NCBI GenBank assembly: GCA_045105775.1
Contig: JBGCDW010000054.1
Span: forward strand, 27,559-51,558
DNA: 24,000 nucleotides
Direction of reading: 5' to 3'
Source of the DNA: Aureispira sp.
GTDB lineage: Bacteria; Bacteroidota; Bacteroidia; Chitinophagales; Saprospiraceae
The notes below the pieces were generated by a model, which saw only the letters and a program-made list of their open reading frames with translations, was not told the origin of the DNA and made no database searches. Within the stretch, counting starts at the first letter, position 1. Each line of letters opens with the position of its first letter. Shown here in pieces: positions 1 through 8,197 of this stretch. The translations under genes and the position numbers were made by a program.

Positions 1-1
1 A

Positions 2-706
2 TTGGTTGCTGCTGTCAAAGGCTTGTTGGATGGACTCAACAAACGCCGTGTACTGAGTCCGCGCTGGCGTTCTGCTGTACAAGCAGTGTTAGACATCTAT
101 CTTGGTGCCACTCCCGAAGAATTTACATACCAGGGCAAACGGTATTCCCCTAAGTCCTTTGCACAATATCTAGGCATCAATAGTAGTGATTACATAAGTT
201 TGAGTTCTTACACACATCATCCTTTTTATGAGAATTTCATTTTAGAAATTCCTGATAATTATTCTAATGGACATTATCAAAATGTGCCGCTAACAGAATT
301 GGAGCAAATTGTAGATCATGCCCTAGAAAATGGATTTACCATTGCTTGGGATGGTGATGTGAGTGAGAAAACGTTTAATCATAGCAAAGGCTTGGCCATC
401 TTACCAGCAGATGATACGCGCAAAGATCTCTGGGAAAAACCAGATGCGGAGCAAAAAGTCAGTCAAGAAATGCGTCAATCTACCTTTGAAAGCAAACTTA
501 CTACCGATGACCATTTGATGCACTTGGTGGGATTGGCATATGATGATAAAGGCACCAAATACTACAAAATCAAGAATTCTTGGGGCGATGGCAACAAAAT
601 GGAGGGCTATCTGTATATGTCGCAAGCTTATTTCCAACTCAAAACAGTGGGTATTTTGCTGCACAAAGATGGCATTCCAAAAGGCATTCAAAAAAAGTTT
701 CAATAA
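2..706 (+). CDS. pepC: Aminopeptidase C / bleomycin-hydrolase-type cysteine peptidase (MEROPS C1B), 3' portion; the 5' end lies outside the window
   Basis: The frame is open to the left edge; the leading M in the track is an artefact of TTG at position 2. The C-terminal hallmarks of C1B peptidases are present: DDHLMHLVG (catalytic His region) and YYKIKNSWG (catalytic Asn/Trp region). Stop TAA at 704-706. Confidence 0.8.
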   Translation: MVAAVKGLLDGLNKRRVLSPRWRSAVQAVLDIYLGATPEEFTYQGKRYSPKSFAQYLGINSSDYISLSSYTHHPFYENFILEIPDNYSNGHYQNVPLTELEQIVDHALENGFTIAWDGDVSEKTFNHSKGLAILPADDTRKDLWEKPDAEQKVSQEMRQSTFESKLTTDDHLMHLVGLAYDDKGTKYYKIKNSWGDGNKMEGYLYMSQAYFQLKTVGILLHKDGIPKGIQKKFQ

Positions 707-715
707 AACTTAAAT

Positions 716-756
716 CATAGTTGTTGGGTATACATACACATGGCCCAACAACTATG
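716..756 (+). terminator. Perfect 13-bp inverted repeat 10 nt after the peptidase stop; probable terminator hairpin
   Basis: Read directly: CATAGTTGTTGGG (716-728) pairs with CCCAACAACTATG (744-756) around a 15-nt loop. No tight T-run follows, so terminator function is inferred. Confidence 0.4.
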
Positions 757-778
757 TATTCTACCGTTACGTTTTCTT

Positions 779-1582
779 ATGGACAACACACCACAATACT
801 TTGAGGCAAACCGCCAACTCTGGAACCACAAAGCAAGCCTGCACCCCGATTCTGACTTCTACGATCAAGCTTCCTTTGAACAAGGCAGAAACAGCCTAAA
901 TACTATTGAACTAGAATTATTAGGCCCCGTGCAACAAACTTCAACCCTACATATACAGTGTCATTTTGGACAAGATAGCTTATCCTTGGTGCGTATGGGT
1001 GCCCAAGTAACAGGGGTTGATTTTTCTTCTCAGGCTATTGCAACTGCTCAAGAATTATCTCAACGCCTCAGCTTGCCTGCTCAATTTGTTTGTTGCAATG
1101 TATTGGACATGGATCAACATATTGAAGAGCAGTTTGAACTAGTATTTGCTTCTTATGGTATTTGTGGCTGGTTTCCTGACTTTGGAGCTTGGGCACAGCA
1201 AGCTGCCCAGCGTGTTGCGGTTGGTGGCCGCTTAATTTTGGTAGATTTTCATCCTACTTTATGGATGTTTGACCATGAATTTACCTTCTTACAACATTCT
1301 TATTTTAATAAGGAATTGATTGAGGAAGTAGAAACCACCACTTATACAGGGCAAGCACAGAAAAAGCTTTCTTCTTATGGCTGGAACCACAGTTTGGCTG
1401 CCATCATAACGGCTTTCTTGGATCAAGGGCTCACACTTCAGCAATTCAAGGAGTATGATTATTCGCCTTATCCTTGTTTTTCCAAGGTTGTGGCATGTCC
1501 CAATGGCGGTTATTATATACAGGGTTTGGAAGGTAAATTGCCGATGATTTATGGCTTGGAATTTGTCAAACTTCCTGAATAA
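779..1582 (+). CDS. Class I SAM-dependent methyltransferase
   Basis: Rossmann-type SAM-binding region LHIQCHFGQDSLSLVRMGAQVTGVDFSSQAI, followed by FELVFASYG and GGRLILVDFHP. The track ORF starts at ATG 740, but that ATG and the first codons lie inside the hairpin 716-756. ATG 779 (MDNTPQYFEANRQLWN) is the more plausible start. Confidence 0.75.
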   Translation: MDNTPQYFEANRQLWNHKASLHPDSDFYDQASFEQGRNSLNTIELELLGPVQQTSTLHIQCHFGQDSLSLVRMGAQVTGVDFSSQAIATAQELSQRLSLPAQFVCCNVLDMDQHIEEQFELVFASYGICGWFPDFGAWAQQAAQRVAVGGRLILVDFHPTLWMFDHEFTFLQHSYFNKELIEEVETTTYTGQAQKKLSSYGWNHSLAAIITAFLDQGLTLQQFKEYDYSPYPCFSKVVACPNGGYYIQGLEGKLPMIYGLEFVKLPE

Positions 1583-1664
1583 GAGTACTATTTTACAACA
1601 ACAATCGCTCTATTTTTGTTAGTGAATAAGTTATTCATTGGCTACTAATTCTAAAAACTATAAC

Positions 1665-2231
1665 ATGACCTTAGAAGAATACAGACAATTATTTACCAAC
1701 ATATTAGAAGGCCGTTATACCCAAGTTCCCTACGACAATCCTGCTTATCACAATTATGTTAAGCTCAACCTATCGAGAATGAAGCGTTGGACAAAACGAT
1801 CCAAAATTGGCAAAGAATTGGGGGATTTGATTAAACAAATCAATAAACCTCAATACTGGATTATCATTACAGAGCCTTGGTGTGGAGATGCTGCCAACTT
1901 GATTCCTTATTTTGAGAAAATGGCTGCTATCAATCCTATGATTGATGTATCCGTACAATTGCGAGATTCTAACAGCGAGATTGACCAATACCTGACCAAT
2001 GGTGGACGCTCTATTCCGATTGTAATAGCTAGAGGCCAGCGAGGCAAAGATTTGTTTGTTTGGGGGCCACGTCCTGCCCCTGCCCAAGCTTTGGTAATCG
2101 CTCAAAAAGAATCGGATGCGCCCAAAGATGAAAAATATGCAGAAATTTTGCAGTGGTATAAGGAGGATGATGGGGCTACTTTACAAGCAGAAATTATGAC
2201 CTTGTTGCAGGAGGTGCTTTTACAAGAATAA
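1665..2231 (+). CDS. Thioredoxin-fold family protein with a single-Cys WCGD motif
   Basis: ITEPWCGDAANLIPY occupies the position of the thioredoxin WCxxC motif. NGGRSIPIVI matches the cis-Pro loop region of the thioredoxin fold. The track start at 1638 is TTG; the first ATG (1665, MTLEEYRQLF) is preferred. Confidence 0.7.
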   Translation: MTLEEYRQLFTNILEGRYTQVPYDNPAYHNYVKLNLSRMKRWTKRSKIGKELGDLIKQINKPQYWIIITEPWCGDAANLIPYFEKMAAINPMIDVSVQLRDSNSEIDQYLTNGGRSIPIVIARGQRGKDLFVWGPRPAPAQALVIAQKESDAPKDEKYAEILQWYKEDDGATLQAEIMTLLQEVLLQE

Positions 2232-2272
2232 ATGATAATAGTTGGGTGTTGATAAAATTTAGCTCTGTCTAG

Positions 2273-2518
2273 ACAGATTTTAGGTACTTAAGCAAAGTTT
2301 GTGTCTTATTATTTTATGAAGCATTGAATACATATGCAAAGGAAAAAGTTAGACTTCAAAAAGAAGGCAATTTAATTCCTGATTTTGACTTATTGATAGG
2401 AACAACAGCTACGAACAACCATTTAATTTTGGTTACGAATAATGAAAAACACATGAACAGAATTAGTAACATCTGCATCAAAAATTGGAAAAAAGATTCT
2501 GATATAAATTTCTCATAA
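2273..2518 (+). pseudogene. Remnant of a PIN-domain (VapC-type) toxin gene; only the C-terminal half survives
   Basis: The translation ...YAKEKVRLQKEGNLIPDFDLLIGTTATNNHLILVTNNEKHMNRISNICIKNW matches the C-terminal PIN pattern (G-x-x-I-x-x-x-D-x-L-I-A-A-x-A ... L-V-T-x-N-x-x-x-F-x-R-I ... N-W). The frame is closed by an in-frame TAG at 2270-2272. The ~60 N-terminal residues carrying the first acidic residues are absent, there is no ATG start, and no antitoxin ORF lies upstream. Confidence 0.55.
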
Positions 2519-2723
2519 TATCTACTCCTACAATACCACAAAAAAACAAAAACATGAGTATAGAAATATCAGGAGAAGCAGACAGGTGTATAAGGAGAGG
2601 GTATTTTTAAGAAAATCACAATTGCTTGCATTTTTAATGAGAACTAAAAAATTAGAACACTCATTAGTTTGTGGTAATCATTGTATTAAGTTGTATAACT
2701 GTGTGCAGAGATGGGCATATGAA

Positions 2724-2908
2724 TTCTAAGGGTAAGCAAATTGGTTTTTCAGGAGCTGTTTTTTGCTGGCAAAAAACAAAACTTTTATTGTTTGAGCGAT
2801 AGCGAGTTTAAAAGTTTTAGCGGATGAAAAGGCTGTTTGCCCCTTAGAAGTCATCAAGCCCTAGCGTTTTTTTGCTTACTTTTTTGGGGCAATTGCCAAA
2901 AAAGTAAG
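2724..2908. repeat. Hairpin-dense non-coding element made of nested inverted repeats
   Basis: Read directly. Outer pairing: 2724-2740 (TTCTAAGGG[TAA]GCAAA) with 2836-2849 (TTTGCCCCTTAGAA), 14 bp with a 3-nt bulge. Inside it: GTTTTTTGC/GCAAAAAAC (2758-2766 / 2769-2777) and AAAACTTTTA/TAAAAGTTTT (2778-2787 / 2809-2818). A separate 13-bp perfect stem follows: CTTACTTTTTTGG/CCAAAAAAGTAAG (2875-2887 / 2896-2908). Confidence 0.4.
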
Positions 2909-3001
2909 ACCACTAAAGCCAAATACAAGGTATAAGATTTTGATTACCAAAGCTTTGAAAAGCCAAGAGTACATCAATATTAAAGAATCATAACTTACAA
3001 T

Positions 3002-3041
3002 AAAAAAACATGAGTCACCCCCAACTTAAGGGATGACTCAT
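3002..3041 (-). terminator. Rho-independent terminator of the minus-strand lipoprotein gene
   Basis: Stem 3010-3021 / 3030-3041 (ATGAGTCACCCC / GGGATGACTCAT, 11 bp plus 1 mismatch) with an 8-nt loop. On the minus strand it is followed by a 7-T run (A-run 3002-3008) and sits 24 nt after the stop. Confidence 0.65.
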
Positions 3042-3064
3042 ATTCCACTATCTGATAATGGGGA

Positions 3065-3589
3065 CTATTTCTTGAATGAAATAGACATGCTAGAACCTTT
3101 AGCCATTTCTTCGATGTTCATTCCCTCTGTGCCTCTTAGTGCATCTGGGTACTTTTCTTTTACTTGTGCTAAGATTTCCTCTGCGGTCATAGAAACCGTG
3201 AATTTGTCTCCACTTACTTCAGAAATAGTAAGATCAACATCCACTTTTTCGCCTTCCATATCACCACTTAGATTCAATTTTGAACCATCAAAGGTGTAAT
3301 TCATCTCTTCTGTTTTTTCTTCTCCTACTTTAGAAAGAATGACCTTACCAGCTTCTGTAAACTCGATGGTAACATCGTCTGATTGTTCTTCACCTTGCTT
3401 CACTAAGCCATCTTTTTGGCCTTCTACCATAGCTTTCATAGGTGCAGGCACCCCATCTCCCAATACTAAGTCCAAAGAGCTTAGATCTACATGCCACTTA
3501 CCTACTAGTCCAGCACCCGATCCGCCACAAGAAACTATTAATAAAGCAGCAATAGAAACAATTGTTAATAATTTGAATACACTTTTCAT
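3065..3589 (-). CDS. Small lipoprotein of unknown function
   Basis: N-terminus MKSVFKLLTIVSIAALLIVSCGGSG is a signal peptide with a lipobox (I-V-S-C). The mature part is acidic and Lys-rich with a GKW motif near the N-terminus, which is lipocalin-like in flavour. No family assignment is possible by eye. Confidence 0.7.
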   Translation of the reverse strand: MKSVFKLLTIVSIAALLIVSCGGSGAGLVGKWHVDLSSLDLVLGDGVPAPMKAMVEGQKDGLVKQGEEQSDDVTIEFTEAGKVILSKVGEEKTEEMNYTFDGSKLNLSGDMEGEKVDVDLTISEVSGDKFTVSMTAEEILAQVKEKYPDALRGTEGMNIEEMAKGSSMSISFKK

Positions 3590-3824
3590 GTTTTTGTTTT
3601 ATTTGGTTATTCAGTAGCTGCTATTTTAGCCTATTTTTTTGAAGATTGCAATTTTTAGGTCATAAACTTGCCCAAAAATCATTCTATTTTCTTAACTAAT
3701 AAAAGTTATCACGTATACCGTTTCATTCGTGATAAGGTCTAATGTATGCTATATAATAGGAAGTGTTCGGCGAAATGTATTTAAACTCCTGTGAAATGTT
3801 TAGGTGATTCTTTTTTGCAGCCAC

Positions 3825-3832
3825 TACTTTTG
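3825..3832 (+). promoter_or_regulatory. Candidate Bacteroidota sigma-A -7 box TACTTTTG (consensus TAnnTTTG)
   Basis: Exact match to TAnnTTTG, 38 nt upstream of the SDR ATG (3870). No convincing -33 TTTG was seen. Confidence 0.35.
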
Positions 3833-3869
3833 TAGTATCAATTTATTTAAACAACTTCAATAAACAAAT

Positions 3870-4775
3870 ATGGCAAAGACAAAATGGGATGCCAATAATA
3901 TCCCCAATCAAGAAGGAAAAATTATTGTTATTACTGGTGCAAGCAGTGGCTTAGGCAAAGAAGCTGCTAGAGTATTGGCTGGCAAAAAAGCCAAAGTAAT
4001 TATGGCGGTTAGAAACATAGAAAAAACAGCCAAAGTAGCACAAGCGATCAAACAGGAATTTCCTGATGCACAATTGGATATTCGGAAATTAGATCTAAGT
4101 AGCCTAGCATCGGTCAAAAATTTTGCGGATGGTATTCTTGCTGATTATACTCGTTTGGATGTTTTAATCAACAATGCAGGAGTTATGCTTACCCCTGATA
4201 ACAAAACAGTAGATGGCTTTGAATTACAAATGGGGGTGAATCATTTTGGACATTTTGCACTCACAGGACATCTATTGCCCTTGTTGCAACAAACCAAGGA
4301 CGCTAGAATAATAGCCACTTCTAGTGTAGCGCATCGATACGGAGACATCAATTTTGAAGACATCAATTGGGAAAAACGTTCACACAACAGTGCCAAAGCC
4401 TATAGTGATAGTAAATTGGCCAATTTGTACTTTGCTTATGAGTTGGTCCATCGTTTGCAAAATACCCCTAATGCACCCTTGGTGGTAGCGGCACACCCTG
4501 GGTATACCAACACTGACTTGCAACAAAATAGTTTGTTTTGGAGAGCATTAAATCCTATTGTAGCACAAAGTGTAGCGATGGGCACACTACCAACACTACG
4601 GGCAGCCATTGATCCCAATGCTAAAGCGGGGGAATTTTATGCTCCTACAGGTTTCTTAGAAATAAAAGGTTATCCTGTGGTGGTAAAATCTAATAATAGA
4701 TCGTATAATAAGACCCATGCAAAACAACTCTGGGAATTATCAGAAACGCTAACAGGTGTTCAGTATTCATTCTAA
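3870..4775 (+). CDS. Short-chain dehydrogenase/reductase (SDR) family oxidoreductase
   Basis: Cofactor motif VITGASSGLG (TGxxxGxG), NNAG, a catalytic Ser in ATSSVAH, and YSDSK (YxxxK). Confidence 0.9.
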   Translation: MAKTKWDANNIPNQEGKIIVITGASSGLGKEAARVLAGKKAKVIMAVRNIEKTAKVAQAIKQEFPDAQLDIRKLDLSSLASVKNFADGILADYTRLDVLINNAGVMLTPDNKTVDGFELQMGVNHFGHFALTGHLLPLLQQTKDARIIATSSVAHRYGDINFEDINWEKRSHNSAKAYSDSKLANLYFAYELVHRLQNTPNAPLVVAAHPGYTNTDLQQNSLFWRALNPIVAQSVAMGTLPTLRAAIDPNAKAGEFYAPTGFLEIKGYPVVVKSNNRSYNKTHAKQLWELSETLTGVQYSF

Positions 4776-4794
4776 TTCACTCAACTAATATATT

Positions 4795-5706
4795 ATGTCT
4801 AACTTTCTTCACATTGAGAGTATTGCACAAGTGCATCATTTGTTTAACTTAGGCAAACCATTACATCCTCTCATTACTATTATACGAGAATGGCCTACTA
4901 TTGATTTTGATTTTTCCTCTGCCAAAATGACCAGTCATTTGTATCTCATTGGTATGAAGGGAAATGTCCAGGGCACTTTTCATTATGGTAAAAACACCTA
5001 TGACTACGAAGAGGGAACACTGGCTTTTTTGGCTCCTAATCAGGTAACGGCTTTTGAAAATACCAGCAATAATCCTGAAATCGAGAAAGGTGGTTGGAAC
5101 ATTATTTTTCACCCCGATCTCATCCGAAAATCTGCATTGGGCAAAACCATTAAGGACTATTCTTTTTTTGATTATAGTCTAAATGAGGCGTTGCATGTGG
5201 CCGACAAGGAAAAACAAACGCTCAACAGCTTGGTCAATTCCATCGAATTAGAACTTGACCAAAACATTGACCAACATTCGCAAGATATTATTATTGCTAA
5301 TCTGGAAACACTTCTTAAATATTGTAAACGGTATTACAACCGCCAATTCTATACTAGAACAAATTTGCACAAAGATCACATTATCAAATTTGAACAATAC
5401 CTCAAAGATTATTTTGCTTCGGATGAATTGCTCGAAAAGGGTTTGCCAACACTCACCCAATGTGGCAATGCCTTAAACATGTCGGGAAGTTACCTGAGTG
5501 ATTTGCTCAAGGTAGAAACAGGCAGAAGTGCCAAAGATCATATTCACAGTTATATCATAGAACAAGCCAAAACACTACTGCTGACCTCCAATACTTCTGT
5601 TAGCAACATCGCTTACGATTTAGGTTTTGAGTACCCACAACATTTTTCCAAGTTATTTAAGAACAAAGTAGGAACAACCCCTTCGGCTTTTCGCAAATTA
5701 AATTAA
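4795..5706 (+). CDS. AraC/XylS-family transcriptional regulator
   Basis: C-terminal double-HTH signature: LTQCGNALNMSGSYLSDLLK ... SNIAYDLGFEYPQHFSKLFKNKVGTTPSAFR. It starts 19 nt after the SDR stop, so the two are probably co-transcribed. Confidence 0.9.
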   Translation: MSNFLHIESIAQVHHLFNLGKPLHPLITIIREWPTIDFDFSSAKMTSHLYLIGMKGNVQGTFHYGKNTYDYEEGTLAFLAPNQVTAFENTSNNPEIEKGGWNIIFHPDLIRKSALGKTIKDYSFFDYSLNEALHVADKEKQTLNSLVNSIELELDQNIDQHSQDIIIANLETLLKYCKRYYNRQFYTRTNLHKDHIIKFEQYLKDYFASDELLEKGLPTLTQCGNALNMSGSYLSDLLKVETGRSAKDHIHSYIIEQAKTLLLTSNTSVSNIAYDLGFEYPQHFSKLFKNKVGTTPSAFRKLN

Positions 5707-5825
5707 ATAACGCAATGCTTAACACGGTGTGTTTTTCAAACAACTTCTAAGAATGTCTAATAAAATCAACGATTTTTTAAGTTTTTTTTGCACATTACTG
5801 CCCAATTATCTACAGACAACTACTT

Positions 5826-6992
5826 ATGAAAGACTGGACAGAAATATTGTTGCATCTAGGAGAAGATACACCTTTTAACTCCAAACCCATTGTTCCTCCT
5901 ATTGTACAATCTTCTAATTTTGGTTTTAGCTCTGTGGGGGAATTTAGAGCCGCCTTCAAAAACGAGCAAGCAGCACACTTATATACCAGAGGCAACAACC
6001 CTACGGTAGAAATTGTACGCAAAAAAATTGCGGCCTTAGAGGGCAGTGAAGATGCCTTGTTGTTTGCCAGTGGTTCGGCGGCCATTGCTGCGGCCATTAT
6101 GGGGCAGGTTGCTAGTGGCGATCATGTAGTTTGTGTGCAAAAGCCTTACAACTGGACCTATCTGTTATTACAAGATTACTTGGCGCGTTTTCAGGTGACG
6201 GTTACGTTTGTGGATGGGCGTAGCATAGAAGAGATAGCCCAAGCCATTCAACCCAATACCAAGGTCTTGATGTTGGAAAGCCCCAATTCTTTGACCTTTG
6301 AATTGCAAGACTTAAACGCTTGTGCGGCATTGGCCCAACAACAGGGTTTGGTGAGTATTATTGACAATAGTTACTGTAGTCCTTTTTATCAAAATCCTAT
6401 TGATTATGGGATTGATTTGGTCGTCCATTCTGGTACAAAGTATTTGGGAGGGCACAGTGATGTGGTTTTTGGAGTGGTCTGTGGTTCCAAAGCATTGATT
6501 AAGCCTTTGTTTCATGCCGAATACATGACCTTAGGAGCCTGCCTATCGCCCCATGATGCTTGGCTGGTTTTGCGTAGTTTGAGAACCTTGCCCTTGCGTA
6601 TGCGACAAATTTCGGCCACGACCCAGCAGGTCATTGCCTTTCTAAAGCAACATCCCAAAGTAGATTATATTTTGTACCCACTGGATGAGAATTTTCCTCA
6701 ATACGAATTGGCAAAAGCACAAATGCGTGGTGCTGGCGGCTTATTCTCGGTCAATTACAAAGGAAAATCCATTGAACAAATGGAAAAATTCTGTGATGCC
6801 TTGAGTGCTATTTTCCAAATGGCAGTTTCTTGGGGTGGGCATGAAGCTCTACAAATTCCCACTTGTACCTTTTATAATATTGAAGGCAAAACTCCTCCTC
6901 CTCTGCCCTTTACCTTTGTCCGCTATTACATTGGTTTAGAGGAGCCTGAATACTTAATCAAACATCTAGACAACGCCTTAAAGTTATTGTAA
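5826..6992 (+). CDS. Cys/Met-metabolism PLP-dependent enzyme (cystathionine beta-lyase / gamma-synthase family)
   Basis: Family pattern YTRGNNPT, SGSAAI, and IDNSYCSP...VVHSGTKYLGGHSD, where the Lys of SGTK is the expected PLP-binding residue. The 388-aa length is typical. Confidence 0.85.
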   Translation: MKDWTEILLHLGEDTPFNSKPIVPPIVQSSNFGFSSVGEFRAAFKNEQAAHLYTRGNNPTVEIVRKKIAALEGSEDALLFASGSAAIAAAIMGQVASGDHVVCVQKPYNWTYLLLQDYLARFQVTVTFVDGRSIEEIAQAIQPNTKVLMLESPNSLTFELQDLNACAALAQQQGLVSIIDNSYCSPFYQNPIDYGIDLVVHSGTKYLGGHSDVVFGVVCGSKALIKPLFHAEYMTLGACLSPHDAWLVLRSLRTLPLRMRQISATTQQVIAFLKQHPKVDYILYPLDENFPQYELAKAQMRGAGGLFSVNYKGKSIEQMEKFCDALSAIFQMAVSWGGHEALQIPTCTFYNIEGKTPPPLPFTFVRYYIGLEEPEYLIKHLDNALKLL

Positions 6993-7132
6993 AAGGTGTA
7001 GTGCCAATTGCTAACTTTCACTCCAAAGTACATTTGTAATCTTCTTACAAAAAGTGTATATTGTTGTATGGATAAAACAAGGATTATGACATCTTAAGCC
7101 TTATTATTATAACTAAATAACATTGAAGCACT

Positions 7133-8197
7133 ATGTGGAGAGATTTAAAATATTTGGGGGCTTATAGCATTCCCTTGGCTACAGCCCATGCCCTGTATGC
7201 ACAAGGTTTTTGGTCGTTTAATGGCCTTCTTGTAGCGTTTGTATTGGTTCCCTTGTTAGAGTTCTTTTTTAAAGGCAATACGGATAATTTAGAAGAGGAA
7301 GAAGAACAAAACCAAAACAATAAATGGGTGTTTGATTTGATTTTGTATTTGAATGTGCCCATGCTAATGACCATTGCTATCGGTTATTTTTATGTCTTAT
7401 CAACCGCCTCACTAGAGCTGTATGAAACCATAGGACTAACGATTACCACAGGTATTTATTTGGGTGGCGTTGGTATCAATGTAGCACACGAATTGGGACA
7501 TCGCCAAGAGTGGTTTCCGCGCCTAATGTCCAACGCACTGCTCTTACCCAACTTGTATTTGCATTTTAGTATTGAGCACAACAACGGGCATCATGTGAAT
7601 ATTGCTACCCCCAAAGATCCTGCTTCTTCTCGCTACAACGAACCCATTTACACCTTTTGGCTTCGTTCAGTCATTTTCAGTTATTTATCTGCTTGGAGTA
7701 TAGAGGCACGTCGCTTACGCCAACAAGGCCACGCTCCTTTTTCTTGGCGCAATAGAATGATTTACTTACAATTGATTCAATTGGTTTATGTGGTTGGTAT
7801 TTGCATGGTCTTTAGTTGGGCCATGTTCCCTTTTATTATCATCGTTGCCATCATTGGCTTTTTGATGTTAGAAACCGTAAATTACATTGAGCACTATGGG
7901 CTACAGCGTCGCCAATTGGATTCTGGCCGTTATGAACCTGTGCAACCTTGGCATTCTTGGAATTGCAACCACGATATTGGCCGTATCTTGTTGTATGAAC
8001 TAACACGCCATTCTGACCACCATTACAAAGCCAGCCGAAAATATCAAGTCTTGCGCCACTTTGAAGAAGCCCCACTCCTTCCTTGGGGCTACCCAACCGC
8101 TATGCTTATTGCTTTGGTTCCGCCCTTGTGGTTTCGTTTGATGAACCCTAAAGTCGATCAGTTCAATCAACAATTGGCACAACACTTAGCAGATTAG
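7133..8197 (+). CDS. alkB: Alkane 1-monooxygenase-type integral-membrane di-iron hydroxylase (AlkB / fatty-acid desaturase superfamily)
   Basis: All AlkB histidine boxes are present: HELGHR, EHNNGHH, NYIEHYG and LTRHSDHH. Several hydrophobic spans are visible. Confidence 0.85.
   Translation: MWRDLKYLGAYSIPLATAHALYAQGFWSFNGLLVAFVLVPLLEFFFKGNTDNLEEEEEQNQNNKWVFDLILYLNVPMLMTIAIGYFYVLSTASLELYETIGLTITTGIYLGGVGINVAHELGHRQEWFPRLMSNALLLPNLYLHFSIEHNNGHHVNIATPKDPASSRYNEPIYTFWLRSVIFSYLSAWSIEARRLRQQGHAPFSWRNRMIYLQLIQLVYVVGICMVFSWAMFPFIIIVAIIGFLMLETVNYIEHYGLQRRQLDSGRYEPVQPWHSWNCNHDIGRILLYELTRHSDHHYKASRKYQVLRHFEEAPLLPWGYPTAMLIALVPPLWFRLMNPKVDQFNQQLAQHLAD

Noticed and set aside
3033-3617. Plus-strand ORFs 3033-3299 and 3339-3617
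   Set aside because: They are antisense to the lipoprotein gene, which has a clear signal peptide, lipobox and its own terminator. Their Ser/Pro-rich translations look non-coding.
5707-5825. Possible SAM or other riboswitch upstream of the Cys/Met-metabolism PLP enzyme gene
   Set aside because: The leader is only 119 nt and very AT-rich. It has no conserved helices or GC-rich junction resembling SAM-I/II/IV elements.
401-8185. Other short antisense or off-frame track ORFs inside the pepC, thioredoxin, SDR, AraC, PLP-enzyme and alkB genes (for example 401-703, 1770-2105, 3908-4117, 4861-5112, 5810-6097, 7851-8096)
   Set aside because: Each is fully contained within a motif-supported gene on the other strand or frame, and none shows family motifs.
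3870-8197. SDR + AraC + PLP enzyme + AlkB as a dedicated hydrocarbon- or sulfur-metabolism cluster
   Set aside because: Intergenic gaps of 119-140 nt with separate promoter-like boxes separate them. There is no shared pathway logic and no accessory electron-transfer genes, so this looks like ordinary juxtaposition.
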